This document shows, piece after piece, positions 31,692 through 41,147 of a stretch of DNA of 64,000 nucleotides. The notes below the pieces were generated by a model. The model did no database searches. It saw only the letters and a list, made by a program, of their open reading frames with translations, and was not told the origin of the DNA. The position numbers were made by a program, and so were the translations under genes. This DNA comes from an uncultured Planctomycetota bacterium (GTDB lineage: Bacteria > Planctomycetota > Planctomycetia > Pirellulales > Lacipirellulaceae): contig CAVRBU010000001.1 in the NCBI GenBank assembly GCA_963719315.1, positions 384,001 to 448,000 on the forward strand, in the 5' to 3' direction. Within the stretch, counting starts at the first letter, position 1. The number at the start of each line of letters is the position of its first letter.

Positions 31692-33260
31692 CTACTTCTC
31701 TTCCTTTTTCTCCCCCTTCAGCGCTTTCTCGTAAAACGCTTCCAGATCCTTCCGCAATTGCTTCATCGCCGGCTCGTAGATGTACATCATGTGTCCGGCC
31801 TCATAGAACTTGTGATCGATGTTCTTCTGCAACTCGGCCGGCAGCCGCAAATGCTCCACGCTGTACTTCACCGTGGGCGGCGGCGTTGCCAGATCGTAGT
31901 AACCGCTTGCCACGAACAATTTCAAATACGGGTTCTGCGACATCGCCTGCCGCAATGTGTTCGTCGCATCCGGATAACGCGACATGAACCGCCCATAACT
32001 CCACGGCTGCACCTTACTGCTGATAATCTCGTAAACGTGTTCGTCCTCAACCTTCAGGTCGTTGCGCAGATAATCGTTGATCGCCGACGTGAACGGCCCG
32101 AACACGGCCGACGCGCTGGCGTCGTCTTCCGGCGTGTCGCCCGCATCGTCGGCGTCGATCCCCTCGAAGCGGCTGTCGTAGCGTCCCACAACGCGCCCCT
32201 TGCCACGCAGCAACTCCTTGGCAAACCGCTGCATGCTGATCCGCAGCTTCGCCTGTTGCACATATTCCTTCGTGAGTCCCGTGTAGCGGGCCAGCTTTTC
32301 CGCCACTGCATTTCGCTCATCATCGGTGAGCGATTGGCCTTTCATCATCGCCAATGCATAGTCGTTGACCGCGAACTGCGTCGCCTGTTTCACGACTTCT
32401 TCCAACGACAGCGCCTGCAAATCGCCCGGCAGCGCCTTGTGATACCACGCGGCCGCAGCATAACCGGGCACGAACAAGATGTACGGCAAATCGTTGCCGA
32501 ACGCGAAGCCGATCGTTTCGTAGTTCAGCGCCGGCGAAATCATGATCACGCCGTTGAGCGCCATATTGTACCGATCGCGCAAATAACCGCTGAGCCCAGC
32601 CGCGCGGATGCCGCCGTAGCTCTCGCCCAGCAAAAACTTCGGCGACCGCCATCGGCCATATTTCGTCACGTAGTCGTGAATGAACTGCCCGACGCTTCGC
32701 ACGTCCTCATCAAACCCGTGAAACTGTTCGCCGTTCTCGCCTTTCGCCGGCCGGCTGTAACCGGTGCTCACGGGGTCGATGAACACGAGGTCGGTAAGAT
32801 CGAGCAGCGAATACGGATTGGCTTCCAACGCATATGGCGGCGGCGCCTGCGAAGCGTCATCCGGAATCTTCACCCGCTGCGGCCCGAGCATCCCCAAATG
32901 CAGCCACACCGACGACGACCCCGGCCCACCATTGAATGCAAACGTCACCGGCCGCTGGCTCAAATCCTCAACGCCGTTCTTCGTGTAGGCAACAAAGAAC
33001 ACAAGCGCCTTCGGCTTGCCATCATCGTCCTTCATCACCAGCTTCCCGGCCGTCGCCGTGTACTTGATTTCCTTGCCGTGGATCGTCGCCGTGTGCTGCG
33101 TGACCGAGACCGAATCCTTCGGTTCATCCTTCTTATCCTTGTCGTCCTTCTTGTCCGATTCAACCGGCGCGGCGATCGCCGCAGGCGCAATCTGGACCAT
33201 CGATAAACAAAGGCTTAGCAACAGCAACTTGGAGAGCAACTTCATGGTGATACTTTTCAT
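31692..33260 (-). CDS. Peptidase S10 serine carboxypeptidase, secreted
   Basis: FNGGPGSSS, IDPVSTGYS, GESYGG, GYYDLATP, AGHMMY. Confidence 0.93.
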   Translation of the reverse strand: MKSITMKLLSKLLLLSLCLSMVQIAPAAIAAPVESDKKDDKDKKDEPKDSVSVTQHTATIHGKEIKYTATAGKLVMKDDDGKPKALVFFVAYTKNGVEDLSQRPVTFAFNGGPGSSSVWLHLGMLGPQRVKIPDDASQAPPPYALEANPYSLLDLTDLVFIDPVSTGYSRPAKGENGEQFHGFDEDVRSVGQFIHDYVTKYGRWRSPKFLLGESYGGIRAAGLSGYLRDRYNMALNGVIMISPALNYETIGFAFGNDLPYILFVPGYAAAAWYHKALPGDLQALSLEEVVKQATQFAVNDYALAMMKGQSLTDDERNAVAEKLARYTGLTKEYVQQAKLRISMQRFAKELLRGKGRVVGRYDSRFEGIDADDAGDTPEDDASASAVFGPFTSAINDYLRNDLKVEDEHVYEIISSKVQPWSYGRFMSRYPDATNTLRQAMSQNPYLKLFVASGYYDLATPPPTVKYSVEHLRLPAELQKNIDHKFYEAGHMMYIYEPAMKQLRKDLEAFYEKALKGEKKEEK

Positions 33261-33544
33261 CTGAACCCTCTGTTTTGGGGGAGGGCTGGGTGAGCGTGCA
33301 TCGCACGGAGGGAAAACCTGGCGGGAAAATGCCGGAAAAGCGATACCCGGGATAGCTCCAAACTAATCGCGGGATTGGCGTTTGCCAACCACTATCAGGG
33401 ATGGGGCGAGAAGCGAGCGGGCTAAAACGAACCACGGCAGTTAGAAACCGTTTGCCAGCCCTAAAATGGCGTGATGCGAAAAGTCGCGAAGTTCAGAACG
33501 AATGAGTGGGCCAGAACGGACGGACACAAAATCGAACTGTCCCA

Positions 33545-33820
33545 TTATTTCCGCTGCCGCAGCACCAAGCGAATCGACACGTACGGAAACACGAAGAATA
33601 CGAGCACCCACATTTTGACAAGGGCGATGCCGCAGTATTGGATTAGGTCGGTCTCGTGGGGCGTCAATCCAAACCATTTGGCTTGGGAGTGAATCACTTC
33701 ACGAGCCACGGTAAAACCCCCGAACCAGACAAGGATCAAAAGGAATCCCAGAATGGCGCTTCGTAATAACACCTTCGACACTGCTTCCAAAAGCGCATTG
33801 ATATCACCCGATTGTGTCAT
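33545..33820 (-). CDS. Small membrane protein (DUF6868-like)
   Basis: Two TM segments; H..WF.L...D...Y..IA..K..VLVFF..PY pattern; GGAG RBS. Confidence 0.7.
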   Translation of the reverse strand: MTQSGDINALLEAVSKVLLRSAILGFLLILVWFGGFTVAREVIHSQAKWFGLTPHETDLIQYCGIALVKMWVLVFFVFPYVSIRLVLRQRK

Positions 33821-33863
33821 CGTAAGCTACTCCCATACATCAGTTGCTACTATTGGTTCCTCG

Positions 33864-34325
33864 CTACGACCCACAAGCACCGGTTGAACTGCTACCCCGC
33901 TCCAACGAAGCCTCGGCGAACGACTCGTCACTTTCCCACAGCACGACCTTCGTTGCAGTCACGCCCTTGCCGGCCAGCAACTTCGGGCAGACCTCGTGCA
34001 ACAAGTAGAGCGCCATATTCTCCGACGTCGGATTGTATGGTAGTTCGTAATACCGGCACGGCTCGACGATCTTCACCGCCGCCAAGCCGTTCTCATCCGA
34101 TTTGTTCAGCACGAAACCGTGGTCCCAATTCTCATCGAGCCACCCCTTGAACAATTTCTTGAGCTCGGCAAAATCGATCACGCGGCCAACCGCATCCACG
34201 GAATCGCCCGTCACATAGAAATCGGCGATGTAATTGTGCCCATGAAAAAACTCGCACTTGCCTCCGTGCTTATGGAGCCGGTGGCCCGCGCAAAATCGGA
34301 TCCGCCGCATGATCGTAAGGCTCAT
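33864..34325 (-). CDS. queD: 6-carboxy-5,6,7,8-tetrahydropterin synthase
   Basis: FCAGHRL..CEFFHGHNY, IDFAELK, WDHG, NPTSENMA. Confidence 0.88.
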   Translation of the reverse strand: MSLTIMRRIRFCAGHRLHKHGGKCEFFHGHNYIADFYVTGDSVDAVGRVIDFAELKKLFKGWLDENWDHGFVLNKSDENGLAAVKIVEPCRYYELPYNPTSENMALYLLHEVCPKLLAGKGVTATKVVLWESDESFAEASLERGSSSTGACGS

Positions 34326-34506
34326 GAAATCTTCTCCAACGTCTGTTCCGACACAGAGCTAAGGACGCAGGATGCAGGGCGTTGCAATGTGCGCTAGCTC
34401 CCTAGACTCCATTCTGCTGGCGACCGACCTGTTTGTGAAGGACGATATAGTGATCGGTAGCGAACAATCCAAAGTAATCACGCATGGTCAACGTTTCGGC
34501 CCCTGC

Positions 34507-34628
34507 GGTGGTGTCCTAATTTGGCACCGCTCGGTCCGGAACTTTGTAGCACGGACATTAGTCCGTACGAGAATCACGGACTGAAGTCCGTGCTACAAGT
34601 TTGTTGTGCGGCAAATTAGGACACCACC
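34507..34628. mobile_element. 122-bp MITE-like element (family A, copy 2)
   Basis: Perfect 17-bp TIR GGTGGTGTCCTAATTTG / CAAATTAGGACACCACC; 8-bp direct repeat GCCCCTGC at 34499-34506 and 34629-34636; GTAG...CTAC core 34546-34596. Confidence 0.88.
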
Positions 34629-34667
34629 GCCCCTGCCCCCTGCGTCCCGTATCCTGTATCCTCCGTT

Positions 34668-36104
34668 ATGATTGATATTTCCATCCTGGAATGGATCGGC
34701 CTCGCCGGCGTGGCGCTGCACGTGTTGGGCGTGCTCACGGCCATCCATGCGGTGATGACCGCGCGCACCTCTCAAGGCGCGATCGCCTGGGCGCTGCTGC
34801 TGATCCTGTTTCCGTACCTGACGCTGCCCGCGTACTTGCTGTTTGGCCGCGGCAAGTTCCAAGGTTACGTGAAGGCCCGCCGCGCCGGCGACTCGCAGAT
34901 CGACCACATCGCCCGGTCGCTCGAAAAAAAAATGCATCTGTTCCGCGTGCGCGACGAAGAGGCCGATCCGACGTTTATCGCGCTCGAAGCGCTGGCCGAA
35001 ACGCCATTCACCAGCCACAACGACGCCACGCTGCTCGTCAACGGCAGCGAAGCGTTCCCCGCGATATTCGCCGGCATCGAAGCGGCCGAGAGTTATATCA
35101 TCGTTCAGTTCTACATCATTCGCGATGACACACTCGGCCGCCAATTGCAATCGCTGCTGGAACGCAAAGCCCGCGACGGCGTAAAAGTATATGTGCTGTA
35201 CGACGAAATCGGCAGCTACAAATTGACGCGCGATTATAAGCGCGAACTGGCTGAAGCCGGCGTCGTGATTCTGCCGTTTCGCACCTCGCGCGGCCTCCGA
35301 AATCGATTCCAGATCAATTTCCGCAATCACCGCAAGATCGTGATTGTCGATGGCCGCGTGGCGTATGTTGGTGGCCTCAATGTCGGCGACGAGTACCTGG
35401 GCAAGAGTTCGCAATTCGGTCCGTGGCGCGACACGCAAGTCGAGATTCGCGGCCCGGTCGTGCAGGCAATTCAATTCGCCTTTCTGGAAGATTGGTACTG
35501 GGCCACCGGCGACTTGCCCGAGTTGGATTGGACGCCCCACCCCGCCCCAGACGAGAACGAGACCGCCCTGTGCCTGGCCTCCGATCCTTCCGACGAACTG
35601 GAAACGTGTGGCCTGTTTTTCATGCACGCCATTAACTCCGCCCGCCACCGGCTCTGGATCGCTACTCCTTATTTCGTGCCCGATACCGCGCTGATCAACG
35701 CCCTGCAACTCGCCGCCCTGCGTGGCGTCGACGTGCGGATTATGATGCCCGAAAAGCCGGACCATAAACTCGTGTATCTCGCCGCCTTCTCGTACATGGC
35801 CGAGACCGAGCAATCCGGCGTGAAGTTTTACCGCTACCAGCCGGGCTTCATGCACCACAAAGTGTTGGTCGTCGACGACAACCTGGCCGCCGTGGGCACC
35901 GCCAACTTCGACAACCGCTCGATCCGCCTGAACTTCGAGCTGATGCTGATCTTCGCCGATCGAGCGTTCGCCGCGGCCGTGAGCCAGATGCTAGAACACG
36001 ACTTCCGAAATTGCCGCCAAACCACGTCCGCCGACATTGCCGACCGGCCATTCTGGTTTCACTTCGCCGTGCGGCTGGCTCGATTGATGGCGCCAGTACT
36101 GTAA
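34668..36104 (+). CDS. cls: Cardiolipin synthase
   Basis: Two N-terminal TMs; RNHRKIVIVDG and MHHKVLVVDD HKD motifs; ATPYFVP; GTANFDNRS. Confidence 0.95.
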   Translation: MIDISILEWIGLAGVALHVLGVLTAIHAVMTARTSQGAIAWALLLILFPYLTLPAYLLFGRGKFQGYVKARRAGDSQIDHIARSLEKKMHLFRVRDEEADPTFIALEALAETPFTSHNDATLLVNGSEAFPAIFAGIEAAESYIIVQFYIIRDDTLGRQLQSLLERKARDGVKVYVLYDEIGSYKLTRDYKRELAEAGVVILPFRTSRGLRNRFQINFRNHRKIVIVDGRVAYVGGLNVGDEYLGKSSQFGPWRDTQVEIRGPVVQAIQFAFLEDWYWATGDLPELDWTPHPAPDENETALCLASDPSDELETCGLFFMHAINSARHRLWIATPYFVPDTALINALQLAALRGVDVRIMMPEKPDHKLVYLAAFSYMAETEQSGVKFYRYQPGFMHHKVLVVDDNLAAVGTANFDNRSIRLNFELMLIFADRAFAAAVSQMLEHDFRNCRQTTSADIADRPFWFHFAVRLARLMAPVL

Positions 36105-36281
36105 AAGCGCACAAAAAATGAGGCATCTCGTGGAGCGAGAGGGGAACATATTCCTTTCAAATGTTCCCACTACCCATTTTGATGCGGGATTAGCAGCGCG
36201 AAGAAATAGGGTATCAGCAATCCGATTTGGAGATTGGCTCCGGACAACTTTACTCCCTGACACTTTTACCTCCCGAACGAT

Positions 36282-36875
36282 TCATTTCTCGATGCGCACT
36301 GGTATATTCAGCTCTACCGCCGCCGGTTGTAGACATTGCTGTTTATTGCAGGCTTGGAAAGTGACTCGGCATTGAACGGCATTTTCTCCGATTGATGCGC
36401 TGTCGGTCACAACGACCATTTGTGTGAAAAGAGCTTCTCCTGAATAGGCCGGATGACCGTCGGCTGCCACGGATCGAACAGGCTCAGGCACTCGCCATTC
36501 TCCCTGTCTCCGCAACCCATCCGGCAGTTTCAATTCAATTCGAGTGGCGGCAATTTCGGGATGAGCGTCTAGCGTCCGTATCTCCCACATTGCGGCAATA
36601 TCCAGTTGAACCGACACTCCGATGGACTCACCGATTTTCGCGCGAGCGCGTGAAAGCCGTAGTGTCGTCGTAACTGGCTTCCCATCAATACGCTGTTCTA
36701 TCGCACCACCGGCAATCGTCCCAGAGGAAGCGCGGGAAGGGGCACTGGCATTTTGCGACTTACCGCAACCGCTGACTGCCAATGAGCAAGTACCCAATAA
36801 AGCCCACTTGGCGACGCAACCCACACAATTGACGACGACGCCACGAACCTTGGGGCGCAAATCATGATTCGGCAT
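36282..36875 (-). CDS. DsbD N-terminal-like domain lipoprotein
   Basis: VSGC lipobox; VQLDIA..WEI, QACNKQQCLQP; start uncertain. Confidence 0.7.
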   Translation of the reverse strand: MPNHDLRPKVRGVVVNCVGCVAKWALLGTCSLAVSGCGKSQNASAPSRASSGTIAGGAIEQRIDGKPVTTTLRLSRARAKIGESIGVSVQLDIAAMWEIRTLDAHPEIAATRIELKLPDGLRRQGEWRVPEPVRSVAADGHPAYSGEALFTQMVVVTDSASIGENAVQCRVTFQACNKQQCLQPAAVELNIPVRIEK

Positions 36876-36889
36876 GGCAGGCGACAATT

Positions 36890-38215
36890 CTACTTTCGGA
36901 TAAATAGCCAAACATATCCGTGAGACTTGGCCAAATCGAAGCTCCGCTGGCCATCGCCGCGAGTGCCCGCGAGAAACGGCTTTGCTTGCTGGACAAATTC
37001 GGCCTCGAGTTTTTCCATTTCCTTGGCTTCCGGGCTGTCCCGCAGCACTTTGTAGGCTTTTGACCACTCGGCGGTTGCTTCGTCGCTGTAGATTGCGTCG
37101 CCGGGGTAGCGCTCTGCAAATTCTTTTCGCAGCGCCTCCATCTTGTCACCGAACGCCTTGCCACTCCCTTCGCTGGCATGAACGATCTCCGCGAATTGCT
37201 TTCTCTGTTCGTCATTGAGATCGCTTTTTGGCTCATAGGCCGTGCAGAAGTCGCCGAGGAGCAGGTCAAGTTTCCCATCGCCGTTGTAATCCACAACTTC
37301 TATCTGCGAACGGATGCCGGGCACAATCTCATCTTCGCTCCAGATTAAGAGGTTGTATCCATTGCCGGCATTTTTTTCGACAAGGATTACACCCTTATCC
37401 AATTTCGGAGTTTTATTGCTGCCGCCATTTCGGAACCATGTGACGCTGCCATCATCGCTGCCTGCCAGGATGTCCCACAATCCATCGTTGTCCCAATCGG
37501 CTACTACCGGGCAACAATGCGCACTAACTTTGAGAGGTTCGCCGCCCGCATCAATAGTTATGTTGTCGGTCGCAAAGCTTGGCTGCTTGGCATTCCCTTC
37601 GTTGATCCTCAATTTAAGGTCGCCTTCGAAGCAACCGATAAGAATGTCGAAATCACCATCGGCATCCCAATCCACGGGCGCATAAAAGCTGCCGAAAGAT
37701 TGAAAGTTCTGTTTTTGTTGCGGATTGCTGCGAACTGGGACACCCGCTCTATCAACCAGTTCTTTACCGGCGGCGAACTTGTGGTCGGGCAACCCACGGA
37801 AAAAGTAACAATGGCCCGGATCGTAGGAGCTACTGATAAAGTCGCGGATTCCGTCGCCGTCAAGATCGACGAAGCGCGGTTGGCCGCCGACACAGCAGTA
37901 AATATGCACTGATGCGTCTGTGTCGCCCGCTTTTAGATTGCCCATTTCATGGTATGCTGGCTCGCTTTTTCCGCCGACGTTCTTGTAGACGCGAAACTTG
38001 CCGCTGAAATCGCCAAGAATGAGGTCCCTCAGTCCATCGCCATCTATGTCTTCAACACATGGACTGGAATGTCCCCATTTCTCGCCCGTGTCAATGATCT
38101 TACCATCGGCAGTCAAGCGCACCGGCTTTTCAAAGGTATCGTCTGCAAAGATGGTTGGTTGATCTCCAAGGCCCATGACAGCAAACAACGCAACCGCGAG
38201 ATATTTCCTGTTCAT
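36890..38215 (-). CDS. FG-GAP/VCBS repeat secreted protein with CC motifs
   Basis: Five D.DGDG..D(L/I) repeats; IYCCVGGQP and AHCCP. Confidence 0.85.
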   Translation of the reverse strand: MNRKYLAVALFAVMGLGDQPTIFADDTFEKPVRLTADGKIIDTGEKWGHSSPCVEDIDGDGLRDLILGDFSGKFRVYKNVGGKSEPAYHEMGNLKAGDTDASVHIYCCVGGQPRFVDLDGDGIRDFISSSYDPGHCYFFRGLPDHKFAAGKELVDRAGVPVRSNPQQKQNFQSFGSFYAPVDWDADGDFDILIGCFEGDLKLRINEGNAKQPSFATDNITIDAGGEPLKVSAHCCPVVADWDNDGLWDILAGSDDGSVTWFRNGGSNKTPKLDKGVILVEKNAGNGYNLLIWSEDEIVPGIRSQIEVVDYNGDGKLDLLLGDFCTAYEPKSDLNDEQRKQFAEIVHASEGSGKAFGDKMEALRKEFAERYPGDAIYSDEATAEWSKAYKVLRDSPEAKEMEKLEAEFVQQAKPFLAGTRGDGQRSFDLAKSHGYVWLFIRK

Positions 38216-38631
38216 AAAGCTCTCTCCATGGATTCCTTAATACTCGACAAAGAGTCAATACCGCCATGCTTTACGGAGTGCGCATCGAGCTACAAATCTC
38301 AGTCGAAAAGGAATGGTGTTAGGAATTCTTGGACCGATATCAACGACGGATCCTTGTCCTACGCGCCCGACCAATTGTCTCCGCTGGTCATTTGCAGTTT
38401 ATCACCCTTCTCCCACCAAAGTAGAGTGGCCAAAAAAATTTGTGGAGTCGCGCTGGCCGATCTACTATGTTCTCGCCACGCTTCATTGCGTCTTGCCGTT
38501 CTTTAACGTGCGCCAATGGAATGGGAAGCGGGACATCTTCGCTTAAAGACGTAATACTTCCGCGTGCTCAGAGTGGGAAAAATAAGCCTGCTCTTTACTT
38601 GCCAATGTGTCGTGCGCGCTGAAAATGCGCT

Positions 38632-38659
38632 GTTGTGCGCGGGTCTCTCGACCCCGCAC
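38632..38659. repeat. Partial copy of the composite REP-like element
   Basis: GTTGTGCGCGGGTCTCTCGACCCCGCAC. Confidence 0.65.
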
Positions 38660-38669
38660 ATGCCGGCCT

Positions 38670-39227
38670 CTAATTCATCGATGGATCACTCGGCAAATGC
38701 TCACGATCGAAGTCCGGCATCATGATCTCCAGGCCAATCCGTTGCGTTACCGTCTTCCAGATCGATTCATGATCGGCGAACACATCATCGACGGTTGCCC
38801 TCGTAAACAGCCAGCCGCCGGCTTCGAGCTCGCCCTCCAGTTGTCCGCTCCCCCAGCCCGCATTGCCGCTGCACAGGCGGAGCGGCACGTTCTTTTTGCG
38901 CACGATGAGGTCCAGTTCGTCGCGATGCGTGGAAAAAAACAAGCCCGGCAATACCTGGTTATCGGAAAATGCCTGTAGCGAGTGGAGCGCCACCAGCGGC
39001 CCCGGCACGGGACCGCCGACGTAGATTTGGTCATCGCGCTCGCACGGGTCGTTGCCGATCAGCTCCCAAACTTCGCTGACCGTTTTGTCCGATGGGCGAT
39101 TGATCACGACCCCCATCGCCCCTTGATGGTCGTGGTGAATCATGAGCACCACGGATTGCGCAAAGTTCGGATCGCGCAAGTAACGCGACGCCACCAGAAA
39201 ATGCCCGGCCAGCCACTTGTCGCCCAT
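38670..39227 (-). CDS. algH: YqgE/AlgH family protein
   Basis: FLVAS..L.DPNF..SVVL, GAMGVVINRP, GGPV, GNAGWGSGQLEGE. Confidence 0.9.
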   Translation of the reverse strand: MGDKWLAGHFLVASRYLRDPNFAQSVVLMIHHDHQGAMGVVINRPSDKTVSEVWELIGNDPCERDDQIYVGGPVPGPLVALHSLQAFSDNQVLPGLFFSTHRDELDLIVRKKNVPLRLCSGNAGWGSGQLEGELEAGGWLFTRATVDDVFADHESIWKTVTQRIGLEIMMPDFDREHLPSDPSMN

Positions 39228-39525
39228 CGCACGAATCGCAGCAGTAAGAATTATGGAGAACCCCGGCAACGCCGATTCATTTTAGCTCCGCTGTCCCCGC
39301 GAAGAAAGCAGCTACGCTGCCGGGTGTCTGGGGTCGAGCGCAGCGATCCCCCAGCGTTTTACGCAAACTTTCCCTCCTCCTCGCCGTCCCAAAGTTACTG
39401 TAGGATGACGCGTGCGACCTTTGTATCTCGGCTGGGAAGCGAGCTGGAACGGACACCTCTCGTGCCACGAATTTAAGCCGGCAATTCCAGGATGGCGCCG
39501 CCGGTTCAGCGACAAAGGAAGTAAC

Positions 39526-40971
39526 ATGGCCACTCGCGCGACTCGAACAACATTTGCTGCCGTCCTCTGCTCGATGCTGATATACGGCGGAAATGCCGCC
39601 GCTCAAGATTGGCCACAGTGGCGCGGCCCGAACCGTGACGCCAAAGCCACCGGCTTTTCTGCACCAGCCTCCTGGCCCAAAGAGCTCAAGAAGAGATGGC
39701 AGGTCACGGTAGGCGATGGCGTGGCAACGCCGGCCCTCGTCGGAAACAGGCTGTACGTCTTCACCCGCCAAGACGGCAAGGAAAACCTCCGCTGTCTCGA
39801 CGCGACGACCGGCGACGAAATCTGGCAAAAATCTTATGAAGCTCAAGCCGCCACCGGCGCGGCCGGCGGATTTCCAGGACCACGTAGCTCGCCAACAGTG
39901 GCCGATGGAAAGATCGTGACCTTCGGCGTCCGCGGCATCCTTTGCTGCTTTGATGCCAAAAGTGGGAACGAACTCTGGCGTAAAGAGGATTTCGCAGATT
40001 CCTATCCGATGTTTTTTACGGCGAGCTCGCCCCTCGTTGTGAACGGATTGTGCATCACGCAGCAAGGCGGACGACGCGATGGCGGCGTCATCGCTTATGA
40101 CCTTTCCAGCGGCAATGAAAAATGGCGCTGGATGGAAGCCGGCCCCGCCTATGGCTCGCCGGTGGTCATGGAAGTAGACGGCGCCAAGGTCATCATCGCG
40201 CCGACCGATAGCAAAATGGTGGCCCTCGGGCTGGACGGCAAATTGCTCTGGGAAATCCCTTACTCGCAAGGCCGATACAATTCGGCCACACCGATCGTCG
40301 ATGGCTCGACCCTCATCATCGCCGGGCCGGGCACCGGACTGTCCGCCTTCAGGATGAAAAAGGATGGCGACAAGCTCGTCGAAGAAAAACTATGGAGCAA
40401 CACCGACAATTCGGTCGGGTTCAACACACCCGTGCTGAAGAACGGCCTGATGTTCGGCTTATCGAACGGCGACCAGTTGTTCTGCATTAACACCGAGGCG
40501 AAGAAGACCGCCTGGTCCGCCCCGTTCACAAAGGCGGAAGCTGCGGCAGCGAAGGACGCCACGAAAACGGGCATCGACGAGTTCCGAAGCAATCGCGTCC
40601 CGGCGACGTTCGTGCAATTCGTACAGCAAGAGCAAAAGAACCCATCTGAAGAGCGGCCGCGCGGTGACTCCGATCGCGGACCACGCCGAGGAGAAGGCCG
40701 AGGCCGCTTCGGTCCAGGCGGCTTCGGCGGACGTGGACGCGGCGGCGGAATGGGAAGCCGCGGATACGGTTCCACTGTCGATGTTGGCAGCGCGGTCTTG
40801 GCGCTAACCCCTGCTGGCGAGCTCGTCGCCTTCAAATCCGCCGGCGATGCGTTCACCGAGTTGGCCCGGTACAAAGTGGCCGAAAAGGGAACGTATGCCT
40901 ACCCAATTCCGACCAAACAAGGCATCTACGTGAAAGATCAAGACTCCTTGACGCTGTGGACCGTCGAGTGA
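39526..40971 (+). CDS. PQQ-binding-like beta-propeller protein
   Basis: Signal peptide then DWPQWRGPNRD; CLDATTGDEIW repeats; internal RGG-rich insert. Confidence 0.88.
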   Translation: MATRATRTTFAAVLCSMLIYGGNAAAQDWPQWRGPNRDAKATGFSAPASWPKELKKRWQVTVGDGVATPALVGNRLYVFTRQDGKENLRCLDATTGDEIWQKSYEAQAATGAAGGFPGPRSSPTVADGKIVTFGVRGILCCFDAKSGNELWRKEDFADSYPMFFTASSPLVVNGLCITQQGGRRDGGVIAYDLSSGNEKWRWMEAGPAYGSPVVMEVDGAKVIIAPTDSKMVALGLDGKLLWEIPYSQGRYNSATPIVDGSTLIIAGPGTGLSAFRMKKDGDKLVEEKLWSNTDNSVGFNTPVLKNGLMFGLSNGDQLFCINTEAKKTAWSAPFTKAEAAAAKDATKTGIDEFRSNRVPATFVQFVQQEQKNPSEERPRGDSDRGPRRGEGRGRFGPGGFGGRGRGGGMGSRGYGSTVDVGSAVLALTPAGELVAFKSAGDAFTELARYKVAEKGTYAYPIPTKQGIYVKDQDSLTLWTVE

Positions 40972-41147
40972 GCGAGCAGGTAGCTGAAGTCACAAGACTT
41001 GAGACGCATTTCGACAGGCGTCGGAATTATTTTGAATAACGCTACGGCTAAATTCGCATTGGCAACCAGTGATATTGCTTTGCCATTATGATAAACTGTG
41101 GGCTCTAACTTTTCGGCCGTCGCCTTCACGCACGAAAGGGACGTTTT

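Noticed and set aside
34593..35858. Long antisense ORFs (also 31758..33206, 30396..31439, 39277..40269)
   Set aside because: Shadow frames opposite well-supported genes, expected at high GC.
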